The notes under the pieces: model-generated
What the model was told of the DNA's origin: nothing
Seen by the model: the letters and a program-made list of their open reading frames with translations, nothing else
Database searches by the model: none
DNA from: an uncultured Chloroflexia bacterium
GTDB taxonomy: Bacteria; Chloroflexota; Anaerolineae; CG2-30-64-16
Assembly (NCBI GenBank): GCA_963810095.1
Contig: CAWEMM010000012.1
Span: 96,001 to 160,000 of the forward strand
Direction: 5' to 3'
Length of the DNA: 64,000 bases
Part shown: positions 49,557 through 58,754 of the stretch, one piece after another
Layout of the letters: each line of letters opens with the position of its first letter
How positions within the stretch are numbered: position 1 is the first letter of the stretch
Position numbers and translations under genes: made by a program

Positions 49557-52500
49557 ATGCGTACTAACAATAGCGAGTCGGCCTTACGCGTTACGCTGCT
49601 GTTCGCCGTAATGCTCATCGGCGCCGACCTTTTGATGGATATCGTCATTTCGAACCTGCGGCTCGATCAGAATGCTGCGCTGTGGTTGATGGTCTTTGTC
49701 GACTTTCTCCTTGGCATCGCCTATCTCGCGTACCTTTACTTTGTCGTGCGGCGCCAGCTGGAGGTGCGGGCGGCCGCAGAAAGCGAGCGAAGTATCGCAG
49801 CGGACCGGCTCGGAGTTCTCCTGGATGTCGCGCCGGTGGCACTGGTCGGCGCCGACGCGGAGTTGCGGGTGACGTTGTGGAACCCAGCCGCAGAAAAGCT
49901 TTACGGCTGGTCTGCGGTCGAGGCGGTGGGCCGCCCGGTGTCAGACGTGCTGGGCTCAGAAGTGACTGCGGAGGAGCGTGAGCGTGCCCTGGCCACCGTG
50001 CATGCCGAGGGTGAATACGTCAAGGAGTTCGTCCACCACGACCGCAACGGCTCCGCGCTGACGGTACTGGGCGACACGATCGTGATCCGCGACCAGGCGG
50101 GTGCAATCACCGGCTACCTGAGCGCAAACCGCGATGTGACGGCCGAACGCCGAGTCGAGCGACGGCTGCAGGAGAGCGAGGCGCGCCTGCGGCTCATCAT
50201 GGACAACCTGCCGGCCGCCATTTCGCGCCTCGACCGCGAGCAGTGCTACACGTTCGTCAATGCCGGGTATGAGCGGCTGCTCGGCATCGACCCCGGACGA
50301 ATTATCGGCAAGAACTGGCGCGACGTCCTGCCGGGCGAGGCATACGAGGTCGGCCGCCCGCACCTGGAGGCAGCGCTGGCGGGCCAGACGCAAGTCTTCG
50401 AGAACCTGCTCCCGCGCCGCGGCGGCGGCACCCTCACCGCACAGGTCCAGTTTGTTCCCGAACGACAGGGCGACGAAGTGTGCGGCGTCCACGTGCTGCT
50501 CACCGATATCAGCGAATTGCGCGAGGCCCAGGCGGCCCTGGGGCGTGAGCACCGGGAAGCCGTCGCCCGTGCAGAAGAGATGGAAGCCGTGCTCGAAGCC
50601 GTGCCGGTCCCAATCTATATTGCACACGACCGCGAGTGCACGGTGATCACAGGCAACCGGCTTGCCGCGGAGACACTTGGCGCAGAGCCGGGCTCCAACC
50701 TGTCACGCAGCGCGCCAGACGGCGTTGGGCCGCGGCACACGGTTGAGGCCGCAGGCGTGGAGATTGAGAACGACGAGCTGCCGGTCCAGCGCGTGGGCCG
50801 GACCGGCGAGGCGGTCCGCAACTACGAGTTCGTCCTGACGCTGCCCGACGGGACGCGCCGCGACATGTTCGGCCATGCGGTTCCCTTGCTCGACACGGAC
50901 GGCCAGCCGCGGGGCGTGGTAGCCGCGTTCAGCGACGTGACCGCGCTGAAGCTGGCGGGTGAAGAGCTGCGGCAGAGCCGCGAACAGTTCAGGCGTATGG
51001 CCGAGCTGGCAGAAATGCGCCGCCTCGAGTGGCAGCTCCTGTTTGACAATATCAGCATTGGTGTCGCGCTCTACGACGCGCAGGGCAAGGCCCTGGCCGC
51101 AAACAGCCGGTTGCTCGAACAGCACGGGTTTGCCGACCTGGCCCAAATGGACACCCCCAGCGAAATGGCCGCTCGATTTGAGGTTCGCAGGCCCGACGGC
51201 TCCCCGGTCGCGCCCGATCGCTGGCCCTTGGCGCGTGCGATTGCGGGCGAGAAAGCCAGCGAGGAATACATCGTCCGGGTGCTGGATAGCGAAACCGTGA
51301 TGCACGCCCGGTACACCTGCGCCCCCATCCGTGACGCATCCGGACAGGTCATCCGCATCTTTCAGACGGTTGAAGATGTGACGGATCAGCGGGTAGCAGA
51401 GGCCGCGGCTAGCGCACATGCGTACGAACTGCAGACCTTGCTGGACGCGGTGCCCACGGCCATCTTCATCGCCCGCGACCCCGCCTGCGAGGTTATGGTT
51501 GGGAGCGACCTGACGTATCAGCTGCTGAGGCGGCCGAAGGGCAGTAACCTGTCAGAATCCGCGCCGCAGGATCAAAGGCCGGTGAGTTTCCGCGCACTGC
51601 ACGATGGCCGTGAGATCGACCCCGCCGAATTACCCGTACAAGTGGCTGCAGCCACCGGCAAAGCTGTTCGTAACTACGAGTTCGACTTTGCGTTTGAAGA
51701 CGGCGAGGTCGTCAGCATGATCGGCAACGCCGCCCCGCTCCTTGACGAGCAGGGCCGGTCCCGGGGTGCGATCGGCGCGTTCGCGGATGTGACTGCGCTC
51801 AAGCGGATCGAATCGGCGCTGCGCTCGAGCGAGTCCGTGGTGCGCCAGCAGCTGTCCGAAATCGAGGCCATGTACAACACGCTGCCGGTGGGGCTTGCCG
51901 TCCTGGACCCGGGGCTGCGCTACCGGCGCGTCAACGAACAGATGGCCGACATCAACGGCATTCCCGCGTCACAGCACCTGGGCAAGACGGTCCGGGAACT
52001 GCTGCCTCAACTTGCCGATTTCGGAGAGGCAACCGCTGCGCGGGTGCTCGAAAGCGGCGAACCCGTCATGGGCCTCGAAGTCAAGGGTGTCACCCCGGCG
52101 GACCCGTCGAGGGAGCATACCTGGGTCGAACACTGGGTGCCCTTCCTCGATCCGGGCGGCAAGATCGCCGGCATCAACATCGTCGTCGAGGATGTCACCG
52201 AGCAGCGCCGGGTGCAAGCCGATCTCCTGGAAAGCCAGGAATTGATGCACCGGGCGCTCGACGTCGGACGGGGCTTCGCCTTCCAGTACCGCATGCGCTC
52301 TGACCAGGTCATGCGCTCGCCCGAGTCGGCGGCAATCCTTGGGCTATCCGAAGGGCCCGCTGCGACCAGCGACACAGGCCCGGCTTACTTCCAGCGCGTC
52401 CATCCACAGGATCGCCAGCAGTACGTCGCGCGCATGCTGGGCCTGACGCCCGCGGCCGACACCTACCGCACGACCTACCGGATCGTTCGCCCGGACGGCC

Positions 52501-55085
52501 GGATCGTCGCAGTCGAGGAGTCGGCCCGCGGCGTCTTTGACGACGAGGGCACCCTGATCCAGATCTTCGGCATCACCCAGGACGTGACCGAACGGGTGCA
52601 AGTCGACCAGGAGCGTGAGCGGCTGCTCGAACAGGTGCAGGCGCAGCAGGCCCGACTGGCAGGGCTGGCGCGCGACCTGCAGTCTGAACGCGACGTGCTG
52701 GCGACGATCATGGAGAACACCCATACGCAGCTGGCCTACCTCGATGCCGACTTCCGCTTCATCAAGGTCAACAGCGCTTATGCGGCGGGCGCAGGCCACG
52801 CACCGCAGTCGCTGCTCGGGAAAGATCATTTTGCGCTCTTTCCCAGCGACGAGAACCACGCGATCTTCGAGAGCGTGCGCGATAACGGCCTGCCCGTCGA
52901 GTACCGGGCCAAGCCGTTTCAGTTTGCCGACCAACCGGAGCGCGGCACCACCTACTGGGACTGGACGCTCGTGCCCGTCAAGAGCTCCAACGGCGCGGTC
53001 CGGGGCATGGTGTTCTCCCTCTTCGACGTGACCGAACAGAAGCGTGCGGAGGAAGTGCTGCGGACGGCCCGCGACGAACTTCAGTCGCGAGTTTCCGAGG
53101 CAACCGCCGAGCTGCGCGCCGTGGTGCTCTCGCTCGAGGCGGAAATTGGCGAACGCGAGCGGGCCGAGGCGCTGCTGCGCGAAAGTGAGGCCCGGCTGCG
53201 CATTCTCGTCGGGCAAGTGCCCGCCGTCCTATGGACGACCGATAGGGATTTAAGGTATACTTCCCTGGAAGGTGCCGGGCTCGCCAGCATCGGCGTTCGG
53301 CCGGGCCAACTGGTGGGCAATCGGGTGGCGAGCACGGGCGATGGAGAGAGTGCGGGGAGCCGGTCGGTAATAGACGCACATGAGCGGGCGTTGGCCGGTG
53401 AAGGCGTCACATACCGGTCGGAATGGTCCGGCGCATACTTCGAGGGGTATGTCGAACCGTTGCGCGACGACGACGGTTCCATCGCCGGGTGCATTGGCGT
53501 TGCACTCGACATCACCGAACGCATCCGGTCTGAAGAGGCCCAGCGCGAGCGGGAACAGCAGTACCGCAACATCTTCGAGTCGACCAGTGACGGGATGGTG
53601 ATCATCGACACGCATGGCGCGATCGTCGACGCCAATCCCGCGGCCTGCGAGATGAGCGGGTATCCGTACGAAGAGCTTATCCGTCTCAGTCCCATCGACT
53701 TCATTCGCTCTGAGCAGCGCGAGTCGCTCGAACGCTTCTACCAGGACGTGCTCACTGGGCGGCGCAGCGAACGGCAAGCCGTCGGAGCACGCAAAGACGG
53801 CTCGGAGTTCGACCTGGAGATCCGTGCCAGCCGGTTCCAGCATGCGGGCGAGCCCCACGTGCTCACCGTGTTACGCGACGTCACCGAGCGGGTTCATTCG
53901 TTCCAACTGCTCGAACAACGAGTGCGCGAGCGCACGCGCGAGCTCTCGGCACTGCTTGCATTCTCCAGGCAGGCGTCTGCAACGCTTGAAGTGCGACCCC
54001 TGATGGAGCTGGTTGTTGACGAGGTGTCGCGCCTCGTGGAGAGCACCGGGGTGAGCCTGCTGATGCTTGAGGGCGAAACGCTCAAGATGGCCGCCCACCG
54101 GGGGCCACTGCCCGCCAGCACGGCGGAACAGGTGCGCCTGGCCGTTAACGATCCCGGCATGCGCAAGATGCTGTTGGCGAACCCGAAACCGATCGTTCTG
54201 GCAGATGTCCAGCTCGAAGGGCAGCAGGCGGAAGCGGTCCGGCGGGCCGGCGGGGACCTCTTCGGACGGGACAATCCACTCCGCAGCATCATGTGGATCC
54301 CGCTGGTCGTCAAGGGCAAGCTCATCGGCGGCCTGGGCATCGGCCACCACGAGACCGGCAGGTACACGGAGCGGGACGCGGGCCTGGTCCAGGCGATTGC
54401 CAGCCAGGCCGCCGTGGCGCTGGAAAATGCGCAGCTGTACGAGCAGGCACACGAGCTGGCGGTCATGCACGAGCGGCAGCGCCTGGCGCGTGAGCTGCAC
54501 GACTCGGTGACGCAGTCGCTTTACAGCCTTTCCCTGATGGCCGAGGCCGCCCGGCGGCTGGTCGCGGTGGGCAACCTGGAACGCGGGATGGGCTACCTCG
54601 GGCGGATCGGCGAATCCGCGCAGCAGGTGCTCAAGGAAATGCGGCTGCTGGTGTACGAACTGCGGCCGTTGATGCTCGAGCGCGACGGGCTGGCCAGCGC
54701 ACTCAAGCAGCGGCTGGAGACGGTCGAGGGCCGGGCCGGCGTCGAGACCAAGCTGGTGGTCGAGGGCTCGGGGCTGCTGCCCGAGCACATCGAGACCGAA
54801 CTGTACCGCATCGCGCAGGAGGCGCTGAACAACTCGCTGAAGCACTCAAGCGCGTCCTCGGTAGCCATCTCGCTGCAGACGGGGCACGACCCGATCACAA
54901 TGACGGTGATCGACAACGGCCGGGGGTTTGCAGCGGAGGAAATTGCCGATCGAGGCGGGCTTGGCCTCGTCAGTATGCAGGAACGCGCACAGCGCTTGGG
55001 CGGCCGTGTCGAAGTGCAGTCCGCCCCGGGCGAGGGCGTAACGATTAAGGTAACGATCCCACTCAGCGGTGACCCGCGGAAATGA
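49557..55085 (+). CDS. Giant multi-PAS/GAF sensor kinase, HisKA_3 (1842 aa)
   Basis: Two N-terminal TM helices, ~10 PAS/PAC units (D(V/I)T ends), GAF, ERQRLARELHDSVTQ, DNGRGF. Confidence 0.93.
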   Translation: MRTNNSESALRVTLLFAVMLIGADLLMDIVISNLRLDQNAALWLMVFVDFLLGIAYLAYLYFVVRRQLEVRAAAESERSIAADRLGVLLDVAPVALVGADAELRVTLWNPAAEKLYGWSAVEAVGRPVSDVLGSEVTAEERERALATVHAEGEYVKEFVHHDRNGSALTVLGDTIVIRDQAGAITGYLSANRDVTAERRVERRLQESEARLRLIMDNLPAAISRLDREQCYTFVNAGYERLLGIDPGRIIGKNWRDVLPGEAYEVGRPHLEAALAGQTQVFENLLPRRGGGTLTAQVQFVPERQGDEVCGVHVLLTDISELREAQAALGREHREAVARAEEMEAVLEAVPVPIYIAHDRECTVITGNRLAAETLGAEPGSNLSRSAPDGVGPRHTVEAAGVEIENDELPVQRVGRTGEAVRNYEFVLTLPDGTRRDMFGHAVPLLDTDGQPRGVVAAFSDVTALKLAGEELRQSREQFRRMAELAEMRRLEWQLLFDNISIGVALYDAQGKALAANSRLLEQHGFADLAQMDTPSEMAARFEVRRPDGSPVAPDRWPLARAIAGEKASEEYIVRVLDSETVMHARYTCAPIRDASGQVIRIFQTVEDVTDQRVAEAAASAHAYELQTLLDAVPTAIFIARDPACEVMVGSDLTYQLLRRPKGSNLSESAPQDQRPVSFRALHDGREIDPAELPVQVAAATGKAVRNYEFDFAFEDGEVVSMIGNAAPLLDEQGRSRGAIGAFADVTALKRIESALRSSESVVRQQLSEIEAMYNTLPVGLAVLDPGLRYRRVNEQMADINGIPASQHLGKTVRELLPQLADFGEATAARVLESGEPVMGLEVKGVTPADPSREHTWVEHWVPFLDPGGKIAGINIVVEDVTEQRRVQADLLESQELMHRALDVGRGFAFQYRMRSDQVMRSPESAAILGLSEGPAATSDTGPAYFQRVHPQDRQQYVARMLGLTPAADTYRTTYRIVRPDGRIVAVEESARGVFDDEGTLIQIFGITQDVTERVQVDQERERLLEQVQAQQARLAGLARDLQSERDVLATIMENTHTQLAYLDADFRFIKVNSAYAAGAGHAPQSLLGKDHFALFPSDENHAIFESVRDNGLPVEYRAKPFQFADQPERGTTYWDWTLVPVKSSNGAVRGMVFSLFDVTEQKRAEEVLRTARDELQSRVSEATAELRAVVLSLEAEIGERERAEALLRESEARLRILVGQVPAVLWTTDRDLRYTSLEGAGLASIGVRPGQLVGNRVASTGDGESAGSRSVIDAHERALAGEGVTYRSEWSGAYFEGYVEPLRDDDGSIAGCIGVALDITERIRSEEAQREREQQYRNIFESTSDGMVIIDTHGAIVDANPAACEMSGYPYEELIRLSPIDFIRSEQRESLERFYQDVLTGRRSERQAVGARKDGSEFDLEIRASRFQHAGEPHVLTVLRDVTERVHSFQLLEQRVRERTRELSALLAFSRQASATLEVRPLMELVVDEVSRLVESTGVSLLMLEGETLKMAAHRGPLPASTAEQVRLAVNDPGMRKMLLANPKPIVLADVQLEGQQAEAVRRAGGDLFGRDNPLRSIMWIPLVVKGKLIGGLGIGHHETGRYTERDAGLVQAIASQAAVALENAQLYEQAHELAVMHERQRLARELHDSVTQSLYSLSLMAEAARRLVAVGNLERGMGYLGRIGESAQQVLKEMRLLVYELRPLMLERDGLASALKQRLETVEGRAGVETKLVVEGSGLLPEHIETELYRIAQEALNNSLKHSSASSVAISLQTGHDPITMTVIDNGRGFAAEEIADRGGLGLVSMQERAQRLGGRVEVQSAPGEGVTIKVTIPLSGDPRK

Positions 55086-55091
55086 GGCAGT

Positions 55092-55754
55092 ATGTCGGAA
55101 GGTGAAACCATTCGAATCCTGATCGCGGATGACCATGCGATCGTGCGCGAGGGGCTGCGTGCGCTTATCGAGACCGAGCCCGGCATGGAACTTGTCGGCG
55201 AGGCCCAGGACGGCATCGAAGCCGTTCGCAAGCATCAGGCCCTCCACCCGGATGTCACCCTCCTTGACCTGGTGATGCCGCGCCAGGACGGGCTTGCCGC
55301 ACTGACCGAGATCCGGCAGAAGGAGCCCCAGGCCCGCATCCTCGTCCTTACCAGCTTTGCCGAGGACGAGCGGGTCTTCCCCGCGATTATGGCCGGCGCG
55401 CTGGGCTACCTCCTCAAAGACGCGACGCCCCAGGAACTGCTGAAGGCGATCCGGGACGTAGCCCGCGGCGAGGCGTCCTTGCACCCGGCCATTGCCCGCC
55501 GCGTCATCAAAGAACTGCACCGGCCGCAAGAATCCGGGCCGACGGTCGAGCCGCTGACTGAACGCGAGACGCAGGTGCTGAGCCTGGTGGCGCAGGGCCT
55601 GTCCAACCAGGAAATCGCGACGAAGCTGGTCATCAGCGAACGCACGGTGCGCACCCACGTCAGCAACATTCTGGGCAAGCTGCACCTGGCGAACCGCACG
55701 CAGGCCGCCCGGTACGCGCTCCGCGAGGGCCTGGCCAAACTCGACGGCGACTGA
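55092..55754 (+). CDS. NarL/LiaR-family response regulator
   Basis: ILIADDH, LLDLVMP, GYLLKD, LTERE..SERTVRTHVSNIL. Confidence 0.95.
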   Translation: MSEGETIRILIADDHAIVREGLRALIETEPGMELVGEAQDGIEAVRKHQALHPDVTLLDLVMPRQDGLAALTEIRQKEPQARILVLTSFAEDERVFPAIMAGALGYLLKDATPQELLKAIRDVARGEASLHPAIARRVIKELHRPQESGPTVEPLTERETQVLSLVAQGLSNQEIATKLVISERTVRTHVSNILGKLHLANRTQAARYALREGLAKLDGD

Positions 55755-55804
55755 CCGGTTGCCCAGTTGTCTGGTAGCCGCATCCTTCGTCTTTATGTCA
55801 TGTT

Positions 55805-55834
55805 AAGGGGCCGTCTCGAACGCGGCCCTTTTTT
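55805..55834 (+). terminator. Rho-independent terminator
   Basis: aaggggccg...cggccctttttt. Confidence 0.65.
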
Positions 55835-55869
55835 GTTCGCACCCAGCCAGCCATGCTACAATCCCGGCC

Positions 55870-56658
55870 ATGCGCATCGAGAACACCCGGATCGTCCTGA
55901 CAGGCGCCGCATCCGGCATCGGCGCGGCCACGCTGGCGCTGCTCGGCCAGCGGCCTTGTGCGGTGCTGGCCGTCGACTGCAATGAGGCCGCGCTGGTGCA
56001 GACCGTCAAGCGGCTGCACTCGCCCGCCGCGTCGATTACGCCCTATGTCGCCGACCTGGGCCAGCACGAAGCGGTCGAGGCGATGTTCGAGCACGCGCTC
56101 GCGCACCTCGGGTGCATCGACCTGTTCATCGCAAACGCGGGCTTCGCCTATTACGAGCGGCTGTCACATGCCGATTGGCGCCGCATGGCCGCGCTGCTCC
56201 ACGTGAACGTCCTCTCGCCGTTGTTTGCCGCCGTTAAAATGGGCGAAATCAACGCGGGCCGTCCCCACCGGACCGTCGTGGTGGCATCGGCCATGGGACG
56301 GCTCGGCATCCCCGGTTACGCGGTTTACAGCGGGTCGAAGGCTGCGCTGCATCGCTTCGCCGAAGCGTACCGCTTCGAACTGGCCGACCCGACAAGCCTC
56401 ACGCTCGTCTATCCCATCGGCACCCGTACGCGCTTCTTCCACCGGGATAAGGAGCGGCCGGCGCCGCACCCCTGGCCCACGCAGTCGGCCGAACAGGTGG
56501 CGAGGGCCATCGTCCGCGGGATCGAGCGGGACCAGAAAGACATCTACCCCTCGGCGCTGTTCCGCCTGGTCCTCGTCGCCGATCGCTTCCTGCCGTTCGT
56601 CCGCCGCGTCGAGCAGACCATCGAAGGGCGGCGCTTTCGCCGCTGGCTGGAGGGATAA
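55870..56658 (+). CDS. SDR oxidoreductase
   Basis: TGAASGIG, ANAG, YSGSK. Confidence 0.88.
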   Translation: MRIENTRIVLTGAASGIGAATLALLGQRPCAVLAVDCNEAALVQTVKRLHSPAASITPYVADLGQHEAVEAMFEHALAHLGCIDLFIANAGFAYYERLSHADWRRMAALLHVNVLSPLFAAVKMGEINAGRPHRTVVVASAMGRLGIPGYAVYSGSKAALHRFAEAYRFELADPTSLTLVYPIGTRTRFFHRDKERPAPHPWPTQSAEQVARAIVRGIERDQKDIYPSALFRLVLVADRFLPFVRRVEQTIEGRRFRRWLEG

Positions 56659-56704
56659 CCGCTGCTCCCCGCAGCGCACCAGGTTTCCCGGCACTCTGGG
56701 TATG

Positions 56705-56872
56705 AGCACACTCATTCTGTCGGGTCGCATCCTTCGACTGCGGCACGCCAGCTGCGCTGGCGCCTCCGCTCAGGATGCTTCAAGCGCAGGCAGCCTGAGC
56801 GGATGAGCGTCCCGAAGGGACGCACGCAGTCGAAGGGTGCCGAGCGTCACGGTTCAACAGATTCCGTGTGCT
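56705..56872. mobile_element. 168-bp MITE/REP-like branched palindrome, copy 2
   Basis: agcacactcattctgtcgg...caacagattccgtgtgct; same length as and highly similar to 31559-31726; lies between convergent genes. Confidence 0.75.
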
Positions 56873-56877
56873 TGAAC

Positions 56878-57306
56878 TCAACTCTCCCGGCACTCTCCGC
56901 ATAGCCCGACCAACTCCACCTGCGACTGTGTGAGCTCAAAGTCGTACTGCCGCGCCACGCCTGCCTTGAACTGGTCGATCAACTCGCCGCCGATCTCGAC
57001 GACCCGCCCGCAGTTGGCGCAGACCAGGTGGAAGTGCTCGCTCGGCGGCCGCAGCTCGTAGTGATGGTGCTCTTCGCCCAGGTGGACTTCGTTGACGAGC
57101 CCCAAGTCGCGCAGCAGGTTCATCGTGCGGTAGACGGTCGAAAGGCTCAGCCTGGGATTCTGCTCGCTGGCCAGCCGGAACAGTTCGTGTGCGTCGAGAT
57201 GCCCCCCGTGCTCCTCGATAAGCTGGAGCAGGAGTTTGCGCTGCCCTGTCACCCGGCGTCCCGTGGTGCGCAGCCGGCTCTTGAGTGGATCAGGCGCGGT
57301 CGCCAT
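56878..57306 (-). CDS. Fur-family transcriptional regulator
   Basis: RVTGQR, HLDAHEL, SLSTVYRT, HFHLVCANCG, GLCGEC. Confidence 0.92.
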   Translation of the reverse strand: MATAPDPLKSRLRTTGRRVTGQRKLLLQLIEEHGGHLDAHELFRLASEQNPRLSLSTVYRTMNLLRDLGLVNEVHLGEEHHHYELRPPSEHFHLVCANCGRVVEIGGELIDQFKAGVARQYDFELTQSQVELVGLCGECRES

Positions 57307-58576
57307 TATTCCCGTCCTGCGCCCGCCGTAGCTGGCGGGCCACGTGTTCCCGGAGCGCGGCCGGCTGCATCTCGCCCACGTCCACCCGTTCCGCGCCCAG
57401 CATGGCCGCAAAACGGGCCAACCCGCGGCCCAACGCATCCGCGAACTGCGCCTCGCCCACGGGCGCGTCTGGCTCCGTCCAGAAGCCCAGCAGCCGCAAG
57501 GTCTTGGTCTGCCGCTCGAAGCGCGGATCGACGCGGGCCACAAGCCGGTCGCCGTACAGGATGGGGAGGGTGTAGTAGCCCCACCGTCGCTGCTCGGCCG
57601 GCTTGTACACCTCCCAGACGTAGTCGAAATCGAACAGGAACTTCGCCCGCCCCCGGGCGCTGACGATGTCGAGCGGTGCGAGGAGGACGGCTTCTTCTTC
57701 CGTCGTCGTTTCGAGCGGCTGCCACGCAGCGGGCGCCGTCCCTGCGTCGACCGCTTCAAGCAAGTGCAGGTCTTCGCCAAGCACAAGCCAATCGTCCTTC
57801 GAGCCTTCGATCCGCAGCGCCTGCACCGTTCCGCTTTCCTTCATCTCGGCCAGCAGCCGTGCCGCCTCCTCCGCGCTGGGCTTGCGGCGGATGTCGCCGG
57901 CCCACACGTTGCGCCAGAGACGCTCCGTGATCAGCCCGTACAAGGCGATCTCCTTGCGCGCGAAATACTGCTCGGCCGCCTGCGCAGGCGCCTCCCACCG
58001 GTGTTCCTCGGGCGCAATCCGCTCCGTCAGGTCGTACATCCGTTGAAAATTAACCCGGTGGTGGAGCAGCACTTCGCCGGTCAGCCAGAGGTAGTACAGC
58101 GCGAGCGCGGTGTCCTTCCGCCCCCGGTAGTTGCCCACGATACGAGCCGTGCCCTCGAAGTCGCGGTTGCCCAGGGGGCCGCGCGCCGCCAGAGTCGATC
58201 GCACGTCGTCGACCAGCGCTGGATGCTCGGCCGCAAACGTGGCGAACCTGCCCTCGACGCGCCGCCGGGCCATGGGCAGGCGCCAGTAAGGCAGTTCGCT
58301 CATGGGGTACGCGAAGAGTGCGCCCCCGTACTCAAATGCCTGTCGCTTGCCGTAGATCAATTCGTCCAGCTGACTCGGCGCATATCCAAGCACCCGGCTG
58401 GCCAGCACGATGTCGTGGCTGCGCGCCACGACGTTCAGCGGGTCTTCCTGCAGCGCCTCCATGGCGGTGAGGGCGGCAAGCAAGTCTTCCTTGCCGCGCC
58501 AGCGCCGGCCGGGCCACAGCCCCTGCCTGCCAAGCACAAAACGCCGAGCGGTGGTCTTCGAAATCGTTCCGATCAT
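57290..58576 (-). CDS. YcaQ/AlkZ-like winged-helix DNA glycosylase (HTH_42)
   Basis: LQEDPLNVVARSH (QxD motif), LLAPLD, FDFDYVWEVYKPAEQRRWGYYTLPIL. Confidence 0.88.
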   Translation of the reverse strand: MIGTISKTTARRFVLGRQGLWPGRRWRGKEDLLAALTAMEALQEDPLNVVARSHDIVLASRVLGYAPSQLDELIYGKRQAFEYGGALFAYPMSELPYWRLPMARRRVEGRFATFAAEHPALVDDVRSTLAARGPLGNRDFEGTARIVGNYRGRKDTALALYYLWLTGEVLLHHRVNFQRMYDLTERIAPEEHRWEAPAQAAEQYFARKEIALYGLITERLWRNVWAGDIRRKPSAEEAARLLAEMKESGTVQALRIEGSKDDWLVLGEDLHLLEAVDAGTAPAAWQPLETTTEEEAVLLAPLDIVSARGRAKFLFDFDYVWEVYKPAEQRRWGYYTLPILYGDRLVARVDPRFERQTKTLRLLGFWTEPDAPVGEAQFADALGRGLARFAAMLGAERVDVGEMQPAALREHVARQLRRAQDGNNGDRA

Positions 58577-58754
58577 GCGGGCAAGTATAGTTCACACCCG
58601 CAACCGCACCAAAGCAGCCTGCGTAACTACAGGTAGCCGCGCGCGTTCTCGACGACTGAAGGGGGCGCGCGGCTTGCAATCAGCGTGGATCATAAAGCCT
58701 GCCTACTGCGTCCCAGAAGCATCCAAATCACCCTTGTGCTCGGAGGATCCCGCC

